64,000 bases of DNA from Actinobacteria bacterium RBG_16_68_21 (GCA_001767695.1 MELR01000015.1:39887-103886), one strand, 5' to 3'; shown: positions 37,736 through 47,031, numbered from the stretch's first letter. The notes: generated by a model not told the origin, from the letters alone. Translations and numbers: made by a program.

Positions 37736-38355
37736 GCCCGGGCGATCCCGACGTCGCCGACCTCGCCCAGGCCGGCGTCGAGGAGGTCGAAGCACCTGGC
37801 CATGAGGTCGGGTAGGGATGCCTGGCCGCCTCCGGCCAGCCACATGGCCATCGAGGCCCGCATGGCGGAGAGTGCTGCGCCGGCGAGCAGTCGGGGCACT
37901 ATTTGGAGGTCGGGGTCCGGCCTCAACCATCCGGCGACGATCCCGGCCACGGCGGCCTCCCACTCCGCCTGGAGCTTGAGGCTGCGGGCACCGACGGACG
38001 GCACCGTGGTGATGATCCGGAATCGACGCAGCATCTGCGCCCGCTCGCTCTCGTAGTCGGCCGACACGGCGACGAACGCCGCTCGCAGCGATCGCCATGG
38101 CGACTCGTCGGCGGGACCCTCCTCCAATTCCGATACCAACCGGCCCAGGCGGGCGGCGTAGTCGGCGAGGACCACGTCCTCCTTGGAGGGGAAGTAGTGG
38201 AAGAAGGTCCGAGGAGCGATGTCGGCGGCGGCGGCGACCTCGTCGACCGTGGTGCTGTTGAACCCTCGCTGCTCGAAGAGGTCGAGGGCGGCGCGCTCGA
38301 TGGCGCCCCGGGTGCGCGCCTTCTTGCGCTCGCGCAGGGTGGCGTCGCCGGACAT
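37732..38355 (-). CDS. TetR/AcrR family transcriptional regulator.
   Basis: RTRGAIERAALDLFEQRGFNSTTVDEVAAAADIAPRTFFHYFPSKED. Divergent from the MMPL gene at 38452. Confidence 0.8.
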   Translation of the reverse strand: MSGDATLRERKKARTRGAIERAALDLFEQRGFNSTTVDEVAAAADIAPRTFFHYFPSKEDVVLADYAARLGRLVSELEEGPADESPWRSLRAAFVAVSADYESERAQMLRRFRIITTVPSVGARSLKLQAEWEAAVAGIVAGWLRPDPDLQIVPRLLAGAALSAMRASMAMWLAGGGQASLPDLMARCFDLLDAGLGEVGDVGIARA

Positions 38356-38451
38356 GGGCTCAGAGTATCACGGATCGCTGCATGTCACGCATATTTGCGT
38401 TAACTGCGAAATTGCCTAGAGTGCACGCGACCTCGACACAAGGAACCGCAC

Positions 38452-40749
38452 GTGCTCGCTCGTCTCGGTCGCTTTGCCGCCGCCCACCCCTGGCGCTACG
38501 TCGCCGCCTGGATGCTCACCGCCGCCCTGCTGGTGGGCGGCGTGGTGACGGTCGGAGCGGCGTTCACTTCAAGAATCACCGCCCCGGCGTCGGAGAGCAG
38601 CGCCGGGCTCGACCTGCTGGCGAGCGAGTTCCCGGGCGCCGGCGGCGATGCCGGCTCGATCGTGTTCGTCGCCGAGCAGGGAGTCGAAGACCCCGAGGTG
38701 GCCTCCACCATGACCGGCCTCTTCGAGGCGGTGAAGGAGATCGATGGCGTCGTCAACGTGGTCAGCCCCTACTCCCCTGTGGGCGCCGGCCAGATCTCCG
38801 TCCTGGGCGACTCCGCCGGAAAGGTCGCCTACGCTCAATTGGCGCTCGAATCGGGCACCACCACCGACGACGGGGCGAGGATCTACGACGAGATCACCGC
38901 GCTCTCCCCCGACATCGCCGGGCTGGAGATCGCCCTCGGGGGCGACATGTTCCGCCACCGTGAACCCCCGAGCTCGGAGATGCTGGGACTGGCCTTCGCC
39001 ATCTTCGTGCTCATCCTCTCGTTCGGCTCCGTGCTGGCCATGGGACTGCCCATCGCCACCGCCCTGGCCGGGGTCGGGACCGGGGTGGCGGCGACCGCCT
39101 TGCTGAGCAACCTCATCGAGATGCCCGACTTCGCCGCCACGATCGGGGTGATGATCGGTCTCGGCGTGGGGATCGACTACGCCCTCTTCATCGTCACCCG
39201 GTACCAGCAGCACCTTGCCGCCGGAGCGTCGCCCCCCGAGTCGATGGCGGCAGCGCTCGACCGTGCTGGCCGGGCGGTGCTCTTTGCCGGGGTGACCGTG
39301 GTGGTCTCGCTCCTGGGCATGGTGCTGATGGGGGTCGGTTTCGTCACCGGCCTCGCCTTAGCCGCCGCCACGACAGTGGTACTCACCATGGCGGCGTCCG
39401 TCACGTTGCTCCCCGCCCTGGTCGGGCTGGCGGGACAGCGCATTCAGATCACCAGGTGGAGTGGCCTGATCGGCTCGCTCCTGGTCGCCGTCGCCATGAT
39501 CGGCGTCGCCCTCGGGGTGCCGGAGCTTCGCTTCGCCCTGGTCGCCGCGGTGGTGGTGCTGATCGCCGGCCGGTTCGGCAGCCCCCTCTCCAGGACGATC
39601 ACCCTGCGCAAGGAGAAGCCGCTCGAGGCCACCGCCTCGTACCGGTGGAGTCGCTTCGTGCAGCGGCGGGCGGCCATCATCACCGTCTCGGCGTCGCTGG
39701 TGCTGGCGATCGCCGCCCTCCCCTTGTTCTCGATCCAACTCGGGTTCACCGACGCCGGCAACGACCCGGAAGGCATTACGACCCGGCGAGCGTACGACCT
39801 GTTGGAGGCCGGATTCGGCGCCGGCGCCAACGGGCCACTGGTCCTGATCGCCACCCTCCCCGACGGTGCCGACCCGAGGGCGCTCCAGGGGGTGACGGCG
39901 ACCCTGGGCGAGGTGGAAGGCGTCGCCCAGGTGTCGGTGGGCATCCCCAACGACCCGCAGCAGCCCACCGCGATGCTGTGGCAGCTGACCCCCGAGACCG
40001 GACCGCAGGACGAGGCGACCACCTACCTGGTCCACCGGCTGCGCGACGAGGTGATCACCGGAATCGACGCCGACTTGGGCACTGAGATCCTGGTGGCCGG
40101 CTCGGTGGCGGCCAACATCGACTTCTCCGACTACCTGGCGGAGCGCATCTGGTACTTCTACGGAGCGGTGCTGCTGATCTCGTTCCTGTTCCTCTTGGCG
40201 GTGTTCCGTTCGGTGTTGGTGCCGTTGAAGGCGGTCTCCATGAACCTGCTGGCGATCGGCGCCGCCTACGGCGTGGTGGTGGCGGTGTTCCAGTGGGGCT
40301 GGGGAGGGTCGCTGCTCGGGATCGAGCCGGGCCCGATCGAGCCGTTTGTCCCGATGATGCTGTTCGCCATCGTCTTCGGGCTCTCCATGGACTACGAGGT
40401 GTTCCTCCTCACCCGGATCCGGGAGGAGTACGACCGGACCGCCGACAACACGAGTGCCGTCGCCGACGGGCTGGCGGCCACCGCCCGGGTGATCACCGCC
40501 GCCGCCCTGATCATGGTGTTCGTCTTCGCCTCCTTCGTGCTCGAAGACACGCGGACGGTCAAAGTCCTCGGCCTCGGACTGGCGGCGGCAGTAGCCATCG
40601 ATGCCACCGTTATCCGCATGCTGCTCGTCCCGGCGACCATGGAGCTGCTCGGCGACAGGAACTGGTGGATCCCGAAGTGGCTCGACCGTGTGCTACCTAA
40701 CCTGGTGGTGGAGCCGCGGAAGGTCTCCGCCGAGTCGCAAGCGGGGTGA
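38452..40749 (+). CDS. MMPL family (RND superfamily) transporter, second copy in the window.
   Basis: 765 aa. GVGIDYALFIVTRYQQ and GLSMDYEVFLLTRIREE. Confidence 0.85.
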   Translation: MLARLGRFAAAHPWRYVAAWMLTAALLVGGVVTVGAAFTSRITAPASESSAGLDLLASEFPGAGGDAGSIVFVAEQGVEDPEVASTMTGLFEAVKEIDGVVNVVSPYSPVGAGQISVLGDSAGKVAYAQLALESGTTTDDGARIYDEITALSPDIAGLEIALGGDMFRHREPPSSEMLGLAFAIFVLILSFGSVLAMGLPIATALAGVGTGVAATALLSNLIEMPDFAATIGVMIGLGVGIDYALFIVTRYQQHLAAGASPPESMAAALDRAGRAVLFAGVTVVVSLLGMVLMGVGFVTGLALAAATTVVLTMAASVTLLPALVGLAGQRIQITRWSGLIGSLLVAVAMIGVALGVPELRFALVAAVVVLIAGRFGSPLSRTITLRKEKPLEATASYRWSRFVQRRAAIITVSASLVLAIAALPLFSIQLGFTDAGNDPEGITTRRAYDLLEAGFGAGANGPLVLIATLPDGADPRALQGVTATLGEVEGVAQVSVGIPNDPQQPTAMLWQLTPETGPQDEATTYLVHRLRDEVITGIDADLGTEILVAGSVAANIDFSDYLAERIWYFYGAVLLISFLFLLAVFRSVLVPLKAVSMNLLAIGAAYGVVVAVFQWGWGGSLLGIEPGPIEPFVPMMLFAIVFGLSMDYEVFLLTRIREEYDRTADNTSAVADGLAATARVITAAALIMVFVFASFVLEDTRTVKVLGLGLAAAVAIDATVIRMLLVPATMELLGDRNWWIPKWLDRVLPNLVVEPRKVSAESQAG

Positions 40750-41016
40750 GGACGGTCATCGCCTCAGGGAGTTCCGACTTCAGCCGCAGCGCTCCGTTTG
40801 CCTCGGGAGCCACCCGGTGCCATCACGCTGCTCGATCATCACCCGGCCCTGGCGGTGCCCGTAGGCACCTCGGTGGACGAAGGCAACCTCGCTGGAGATC
40901 TCTGGCTCCATTTCTGGAGTGCCGGGTGGCACGAGATCATCGGCGCGTAGGATGAGTGCGTCGGCGGGCGATTGGACGGCTGCGTCGGGTACCTGGCGGC
41001 CTGCAGTTGGCCCCAC

Positions 41017-41619
41017 TCAGCCGCGCAACAGGCGAATCGCCTCCCTGCGAACCCTCGAAAGCACGTCGGGAAGCACCTTCCCAGCAAACGACTTGTCGTC
41101 CACAGCGTGCTCCGCTCGTTCTTCGAGCTTCTTCCAGTCGATGCGTTCGTAGGCCGCGACCCCCAGCCGGACCGCCTCGTCGAATGCCACCGGCTCTTCC
41201 CCAGTTGCCTGCAGGAGCCGATCCATGATCAGGTCGTTCAGCGAGATCACCGCCAGTTCTCCTGGTGCCAGGTCGATCACCTGCGGCCGTTCGGTGTCGA
41301 AGTCGCCCAAGCTGTCTCCAGGTACCTCGATCGCGAGTCTTTCCTCATCGTCGAAGGAGAACAACCAGCGCCGCCCGTCCTTCTTGAAGCCGAGTTCTCT
41401 GAGTGATCGGGCCTGGTCGGGCTTGCGATGCCCGACCAGATCGATGTCGGTGGGTCGATATGAGCCAGTGTGGAGCTCCACTGCCGCCCCACTCACGAGC
41501 ACCGCTCCCTCGAGGCCCGCGCTGGCGAAGGCTGCCGCGGTGAGCAGCTTCCGTCGAATGGAGTTCTGTGGCGCGTCTGACGCCCGTCGCAGCAGCTCGG
41601 TTGCCTGCGCGTCAGGCAC
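41017..41619 (-). CDS. Nucleotidyltransferase-fold protein. Candidate toxin or effector partner of the upstream XRE HTH.
   Basis: ELHTGSYRPTDIDLV fits the pol-beta-type hG[GS]x(5-13)DhD motif. The GTG start overlaps the stop of the HTH gene by 8 nt (GTGCCTGA). Confidence 0.5.
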   Translation of the reverse strand: MPDAQATELLRRASDAPQNSIRRKLLTAAAFASAGLEGAVLVSGAAVELHTGSYRPTDIDLVGHRKPDQARSLRELGFKKDGRRWLFSFDDEERLAIEVPGDSLGDFDTERPQVIDLAPGELAVISLNDLIMDRLLQATGEEPVAFDEAVRLGVAAYERIDWKKLEERAEHAVDDKSFAGKVLPDVLSRVRREAIRLLRG

Positions 41620-41986
41620 CGGCGTTCAACAGCGTTTGTTCGACTGTGATGTCGATCCCAAGACGCTGCCTCGCGTCGAGTCGCTCTTGCGGAGACGAAG
41701 CACCGAGTCCGGCCGCGACAAGTCGTGCGCGACCCCGCTCGGATGACGCGACAACCTCATCAATCGAGACCCGAGTGGTCCGAGGCACTAGTTGGATTTC
41801 GAGTCCCAGCGCATCCAACACCCTTTCGAGAGTGCTGAGGCGGAGGTCCACCTTGCCGCTCTCGATCTTGGAGAGGTTGGGAACAGCGATGCCTGACGCT
41901 CGAGATACCGCGGACTGTGTCAGTCCGGTGGCCTCTCGGGCCAGGCGCAGTCTGCTGGCAAGGTTGATTCTCAGGTCCTCTGTTAT
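41612..41986 (-). CDS. XRE (Cro/C1)-family HTH protein with a C-terminal extension. The start codon is uncertain.
   Basis: LASRLRLAREATGLTQSAVSRASGIAVPNLSKIESGK is a textbook XRE HTH. The frame is open up to a TGA at 42017-42019, but the first canonical start (GTG at 41851) lies after the HTH. An ATA, CTG or ATC start near 41970-41986 is therefore implied. Confidence 0.5.
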   Translation of the reverse strand: MTEDLRINLASRLRLAREATGLTQSAVSRASGIAVPNLSKIESGKVDLRLSTLERVLDALGLEIQLVPRTTRVSIDEVVASSERGRARLVAAGLGASSPQERLDARQRLGIDITVEQTLLNAGA

Positions 41987-41991
41987 GGAGT

Positions 41992-42020
41992 ACGCTAAGT
42001 TATCGAATAGTATAAGTCAA
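41992..42020 (-). promoter_or_regulatory. Putative sigma-70-type promoter: TTGACT - 17 nt - TAGCGT, in an AT-rich stretch.
   Basis: Reverse strand reads cTTGACTtatactattcgataactTAGCGTactccataacagaggacctgag. This is the most AT-rich 60 nt in the window. Confidence 0.35.
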
Positions 42021-42168
42021 GACCTGACTGGCTTCTCCCCGGGAGTGTGTGGGCAGACCTTGGCTGAGACGGCCAATCTCGTGTGCGCTTCCCGGACCCT
42101 GGCGACGCCTGCGGACCACACCAGATCGACGGTGCCATCCGAGGTCAGCCCGACGGCGAGCCAGGCTG

Positions 42169-42654
42169 TCAGCCCGCCGCCTTCTTCACGAGCGCGCCGA
42201 TCCGCTTCTCCTCGGCGGCGGTCAACTCCTTCAGTGCGAATGCGGTCGGCCACATGGCGCCTTCGTCGAGGTCTGCCTTGTCGCTGAACCCGAATGTCGC
42301 ATACCTCGTCTTGAACTTGTGTGCGCTTTGGTAGAAGCAAATGACTGTGCCGTCCTTGGCATACGCCGGCATCCCGTACCAGGTCTTCGGCGACAGAACT
42401 GGCGCGCTGGCCTTGACGATCGCATGGATCCGCTCGGCCATGGCGCGATCGGGTTGCGGCATCTCGGCTATCTTGGCGAGCACGTCGCTTTCTCCGTCCG
42501 CCTTGCCCGCGCCGCGGCGGGCGGCCGCCTTTTGCTCTTGGGCACGCTCCTTCATCGCGGCGCGTTCCTCGTCCGTGAACCCCTTGGACCCCCTGCCAGT
42601 TGTGCTCTTGGCGGGTCGCGGCGTGCCTCTTGTCGCAGGTTTTCTCTCAGCCAT
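42169..42654 (-). CDS. DUF1801 (YdhG-like) domain protein with a Lys/Arg-rich N-terminal extension.
   Basis: [35 protein letters not shown]. Confidence 0.55.
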   Translation of the reverse strand: MAERKPATRGTPRPAKSTTGRGSKGFTDEERAAMKERAQEQKAAARRGAGKADGESDVLAKIAEMPQPDRAMAERIHAIVKASAPVLSPKTWYGMPAYAKDGTVICFYQSAHKFKTRYATFGFSDKADLDEGAMWPTAFALKELTAAEEKRIGALVKKAAG

Positions 42655-43093
42655 TGCGATTCACCTCCGTGCGTCGAACGGGCACCACAGCTGCGCGGGC
42701 AGTGGGCGAAGGCGGTTGACGCTACTGCCTTGAGAGAGACCACACGGAGAGGGCGGTCACTGCGAGGCTCAGAAACCCGGTCAGATACCGGGGAGACACG
42801 CTCAGTGCCAACGCCCGTGCCGGCGCTCCGGTGTCACGATCCAACACCGACCGATGCGATGGGGTACGTCGCGGCTGCTCCAGCGGTCGACGGGAGTCGG
42901 CCATGGGTACGCCAAGCGGTCGCCCTCAACAGCTTCGGCAAGTCGAAGTCTTCGAAAAGAGCGAAGTCCCAGCAGGGTGTTGATTGTCTCCGCGTGAGGA
43001 CGCAGAGCCGCCAGGGTCGATCGCGCTGTTGGCTCGATCGACGCCGCGACCTCGTCGAAGGTCGGCTGTCTCGATTAACGTGCCGGTTCGCCC

Positions 43094-44056
43094 ATGATCC
43101 CGACCGAATGGCTGCTCGACTCCGATCCTGCGATCCGCTGGCAGGTGATGCGCGATCTCCTCGATGTCACTGAGACCGAGTGGGCAGCCGAGAGAGCCCG
43201 AGTGGAGAGGGAGGGATGGGGTGCCCGACTGCTTGCTCTCGAGGATGAGGATGGGCAGTGGGCCGGCGGTGCCTTCTTCCCCAGCGGTTTCGACTTCCGC
43301 GGGCCGGAGGCTGAGCCGGGTGCGGGCCAGCCCTGGACCACCACCACTCATGTGCTCACCCAGCTCCGGGAGTTCGGGCTCGACCCTCGATCGGCCCGTG
43401 CCCAACGAGCCGTGGAACTGATCGGCGTCAACTCCCGTTGGGACGAAGGCGGCCAGCCGTTCTGGGAAGGTGAGGTCGAGCCGTGCATCAACGGCAGGAC
43501 CGTTGCCGACGGTGCCTACTTCGGAGTCGAGGTGCGTCGGATCGTCGACCGACTGGTCGGGGAGAGGCTGAAGGACGGCGGCTGGAACTGCGAGGCCGAG
43601 AACGGTTCGGTTCGATCGTCGTTCGACACGACGATCAATGTCCTCGAGGGCCTCTTGGAGTATGAGCGGGTCACCGGTGGAACCCCCGATTCGCAGGCGG
43701 CACGCCGGTCCGGCGAGGAGTACTTGCTGGCACGGTCGCTGTTCAGGCGTCTCAGCACCGGCGAGCCCGCCGATGAGCGGTACCTGCGTTTCATCCATCC
43801 GTCCCGCTGGTTCTACGACGTGCTGCGCGGTCTGGACTACTTCCGATCCGCCGGCATCCTCATGGCGACGTCACCCGACTCGCGGCTCGCGGAGCCGATC
43901 GAGCACGTCCGCTCACGTCGCCGGGACGATGGCACCTGGGAGCTGGATTGGAATCCGACCGGGCGTGCGTGGTTCGAGGTCGACGATGGACCCGGCAAGC
44001 CTTCGCGTTGGGTGACCCTTCGGGCGCTCCGCGTCCTGAGGTGGTGGCAGGGTTAG
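43094..44056 (+). CDS. Alpha/alpha-toroid (prenyltransferase / terpene-cyclase-like) repeat protein.
   Basis: Recurrent DGxW modules, DGQWAGGAFFPSG, DGGWNCEAENGS and DGTWELDWNPTG, like the QW repeats of squalene-cyclase and prenyltransferase beta-subunit folds. Confidence 0.45.
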   Translation: MIPTEWLLDSDPAIRWQVMRDLLDVTETEWAAERARVEREGWGARLLALEDEDGQWAGGAFFPSGFDFRGPEAEPGAGQPWTTTTHVLTQLREFGLDPRSARAQRAVELIGVNSRWDEGGQPFWEGEVEPCINGRTVADGAYFGVEVRRIVDRLVGERLKDGGWNCEAENGSVRSSFDTTINVLEGLLEYERVTGGTPDSQAARRSGEEYLLARSLFRRLSTGEPADERYLRFIHPSRWFYDVLRGLDYFRSAGILMATSPDSRLAEPIEHVRSRRRDDGTWELDWNPTGRAWFEVDDGPGKPSRWVTLRALRVLRWWQG

Positions 44057-44342
44057 GTCGCGGTCGATGTTCCCAGGGCCCGCGAGTGGGTGGCACGGGC
44101 AGGGCAGGCAGAGGCTCGTCAGCGTCCCTTGTCGTCCTCACGTCGCGGGGCGAGCCCGGCCTGTGCCTCCGAGTCCGGCGAGGAGTCCATTGATCATACC
44201 CGCACCGCGGTCCCCGTCGTCGGCCGTGAGAACCAGATCAGGACGATCGGCACGACGGATTCGCAGCGGGTTCCCGCCCCGCACGACGACGGCTCTGGTC
44301 CCGGGGCGCACCCGGTAGCCCTCACCGGAGCCGGGGCGGTAA

Positions 44343-44603
44343 CCAGCCTCCGCGTCTGCGATCGGGACCGGAATCGCCGAACCGGTCGCGTCCGCACTGT
44401 TCTCCCCATTCGTGCATACCCCATCCCCGACACGGGCGCGCACCTCAATCGGTCTCGGATTGTCGGTGTCGCGCCGTCTGGCACGCGCCATGCAGGGCAC
44501 TCTGACCTACCGCCACGATGACGGCGAGACGGTATTCGACCTCACCCTCCCCACCGCGGTCGGAAGCACCCCACGGACAGCAGGGGCGGGTATCAGAGCC
44601 TGA
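44343..44603 (+). pseudogene. Remnant of the C-terminus of a sensor histidine kinase (HATPase_c G2-box end).
   Basis: GTGIAEPVASALFSPFVHTPSPTRARTSIGLGLSVSRRLARAMQGTLTYRHDDGETVFDLTLP. The open frame is only 86 codons and begins right after a TAA. No HisKA or sensor region lies upstream. Confidence 0.45.
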
Positions 44604-44978
44604 TCGCTCGACCTCCCAAGCCACCGTCGGTTACTCACCGAGCAGACCCAACAACAAACTCGACGGGGACCGGACGCACAAGAGGCAGCTCGTCGTCGCG
44701 GTGGTTTCCGAGTCGCGGTTGGCATCAATGCCGCTGCCGGGTCAAAGGCCGCTTTCGTAGATGGCCGTGACCAGACCCACTCGGTCGTCGCGGGCCTCAC
44801 CACCCTGGGGCATCCCTTGATGGCAGCGCCCCCATGCAGATGGCGAAACATGTCGTCGTGAGTCCCCGCCGGTTGAAGGGCCGGACGCTCATGCCCCAAG
44901 TAGGGGGCCGCCGGTCAGTTCCTACTCGGGCCTTGGTGGATAACGTGCCGTGATCGATGTCGATGGAGGCGTCCGATC

Positions 44979-45311
44979 ATGACTGTCGACCAGTATCTGG
45001 ATGGGGCCCCTGAACCGCAGCGGAGCACTCTGATCCGGCTTCGCGCCACCCTGCGGGAGATCCTGCCCGATGCGACCGAAGGGATCTCCTACGGTGTGCC
45101 GGCATTCCTGGTCGAAGGGACGCCGATCGCCGGCTACGCCTACCTCAAGGATTCCTGCACTTACTACCCGCACTCGGGTTCGGTGCTCCCCGGGCTCGCC
45201 GCGGAGTTGGAGTCCTACCAGTGGTCGAAGGGGGCCTTGCGGTTCCCGATCGACCAACCCCTTCCCCGCGCATTGCTGGCGCGTCTCGTGGAGGCCAGAC
45301 TCCGACTGTGA
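44979..45311 (+). CDS. DUF1801 (YdhG-like) domain protein.
   Basis: ISYGVPAFLVEGTPIAGYAYLKDSCTYYPHSG. Confidence 0.6.
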   Translation: MTVDQYLDGAPEPQRSTLIRLRATLREILPDATEGISYGVPAFLVEGTPIAGYAYLKDSCTYYPHSGSVLPGLAAELESYQWSKGALRFPIDQPLPRALLARLVEARLRL

Positions 45312-45407
45312 GTGGCAATGGCAGGGTGGCGGCGGCGTGCCCATCACCTCGGAAAGGCGCTCCGTCGTAGGCTCACTGGGGGAGCCGGCGGATTCCAGGA
45401 GGCAATC

Positions 45408-46160
45408 ATGATCGACATGTCGGTCGTCGTCACCGGCAGCAGCAGCGGCCTCGGCGCCCACATCACCCGTCGCCTGGTAGGCGAGGGAGCCCGGGTGGTG
45501 GCGGCGGCCCGGCGCCTCGACCGGCTCACTGCCTTGGTCGATGAACTCACCGATGCCCCCGGCCGCGTCGTCGCCGTGCAGGCCGACGTGACCAGTGCCG
45601 AGGACGCCGCCAGGATCGCCCAGACGGCGGCCGATACCTTCGGCGGAATCGATGCGCTGGTCAACAACGCGGGCATGGAGGTCCGGGGATCCATCGAGAA
45701 TCTGGAAGAGGCGGACTTCGAGTCGATGCTGCGAACCAATGTCATCGGGTACTACCTGTGCACCCGGGCGGCGCTGCCCTACCTGAAGCGAAACGGTGGG
45801 TCGGTGGTCAACATCGGCTCGACGGTGGTGGCCCGTGCTCCCCGTGACCGCTTCGGCTACGTGGCTACGAAGGGTGCCGTCGATGCGATGACGCGGGCAC
45901 TGGCCGGGGACCTGGGCAAACATCGCATCCGGGTCAACGTGGTCCGGCCGGGGCTGGTGCCTTCCGAGTTTCGCGGCGGCAGCGAGGAGGAGGCCGAAGA
46001 GCTGCTGGCGAGGATCGCTCCGCCGATGCAGGCGCTGCAGGCGGTCGGCGCCGGAGCCGACGTCGCCGCCATCGTGGCTTTCCTGGTCTCCGCCGATTCC
46101 GCCTGGATGACCGGGGCCGTCATCGATGTCGACGGCGGGTACGCCCTGGGGACCCCCTAA
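45408..46160 (+). CDS. SDR family NAD(P)-dependent oxidoreductase.
   Basis: An AGGAGG RBS lies 6 nt before the ATG. TGSSSGLGAHITRRL is the Rossmann motif and NNAG follows. Confidence 0.8.
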   Translation: MIDMSVVVTGSSSGLGAHITRRLVGEGARVVAAARRLDRLTALVDELTDAPGRVVAVQADVTSAEDAARIAQTAADTFGGIDALVNNAGMEVRGSIENLEEADFESMLRTNVIGYYLCTRAALPYLKRNGGSVVNIGSTVVARAPRDRFGYVATKGAVDAMTRALAGDLGKHRIRVNVVRPGLVPSEFRGGSEEEAEELLARIAPPMQALQAVGAGADVAAIVAFLVSADSAWMTGAVIDVDGGYALGTP

Positions 46161-46267
46161 CCGGCACTTGTGGCAGGCGGGCGTCGTGTAGGCGATCACC
46201 GGCTGAGGCCAACCGACTGTTCCGAGCCCTCGCCGACGCCACGCGGCGAGACATCCTCGTTCGGACG

Positions 46268-46534
46268 ATGCAGGAGGAGCACTCGGTCTCGGCTCTCGCC
46301 GGTCGCTATCCGATGAGCTTCGCCGCAGTTCAGAAACACGTCGCCGTGCTGGAACACGCCGGACTGGTGAGCAAGAGGAGAGAGGGTCGCGAGCAACTGG
46401 TACCCGGCAACGTCAATGCGGTGCTTGCGGCGCGACGTCTCCTCGACCAACTGGAAGCGGTGTGGCGCGACCGCCTCGACCGAATCGGCGAGATCCTCGC
46501 CACCGACACCCAGAATGAAGGAGCCGACGCATGA
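46268..46534 (+). CDS. ArsR/SmtB family regulator. As written, the N-terminal helix lies in another frame, so the gene is apparently frameshifted.
   Basis: In-frame: MQEEHSVSALAGRYPMSFAAVQKHVAVLEHAGLVSKRR. Upstream, in the -1 frame (46214-46260), it reads RLFRALADATRRDILV, the conserved ArsR helix. An extra T in gtttcgg near 46258-46261 separates the two frames. Confidence 0.5.
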   Translation: MQEEHSVSALAGRYPMSFAAVQKHVAVLEHAGLVSKRREGREQLVPGNVNAVLAARRLLDQLEAVWRDRLDRIGEILATDTQNEGADA

Positions 46535-47031
46535 CGGTGATCAGCATCGACAAGGACCCCGGGGCAATGACGATGACCATCGTCGCCGAATTCGACGCCC
46601 CCGCACGGCGCGTCTGGGAGGTGTGGGCGAACCCTCGCCAGTTGGAGAAGTGGTGGGGGCCGCCGACGTACCCGGCGACGGTCGTCGATCATGACCTCTC
46701 CCCGGGGGGAAAGGTCGGCTACTTCATGACCGGCCCCGAGGGAGACCGCCACCGGGGTTGGTGGCGCATCCTCATGGTCGACGGCCCGCATCGCCTCGAG
46801 TTCGAGGACGGTTTCGCCGACGAGGCGGGCACGCCCGACCCGGCCATGCCGACGACGACCGCCCGTGTGTCGCTCAGCGAACAGCCGGGTGGCGGTACCC
46901 GCATGACCATCGAGACGACCTTCCCCTCCCTGGAGGCGATGGAACAGCTGATCGCGATGGGCATGGAGGAGGGCATCGGCTTGGCGGTGGGTCAGATCGA
47001 CGGGCTCCTCCGAGCCGCACCCAACGGGTGA
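46531..47031 (+). CDS. SRPBCC / AHSA1 (activator of Hsp90 ATPase homologue-like) domain protein.
   Basis: ATGA overlap with the ArsR gene. FDAPARRVWEVWANPRQLEKWWGP. Confidence 0.75.
   Translation: MTVISIDKDPGAMTMTIVAEFDAPARRVWEVWANPRQLEKWWGPPTYPATVVDHDLSPGGKVGYFMTGPEGDRHRGWWRILMVDGPHRLEFEDGFADEAGTPDPAMPTTTARVSLSEQPGGGTRMTIETTFPSLEAMEQLIAMGMEEGIGLAVGQIDGLLRAAPNG

Noticed and set aside
38356-38451. Candidate TetR operator palindrome atttgcgttaactgcgaaat.
   Set aside because: It is not a true inverted repeat when checked base by base. Only the central gttaac is palindromic. I kept it as a low-weight note rather than a feature.
42926-43798. 290-aa minus-strand ORF and the 42655-43093 gap, checked for a transposase or integrase remnant.
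   Set aside because: No DDE, tyrosine-recombinase or HTH motif recognisable in any frame. The ORF is antisense to the alpha/alpha-toroid gene.
44922-46199. 425-aa minus-strand ORF antisense to the DUF1801 and SDR genes.
   Set aside because: Low-complexity translation. The SDR Rossmann motif, preceded by an AGGAGG RBS, is on the plus strand.
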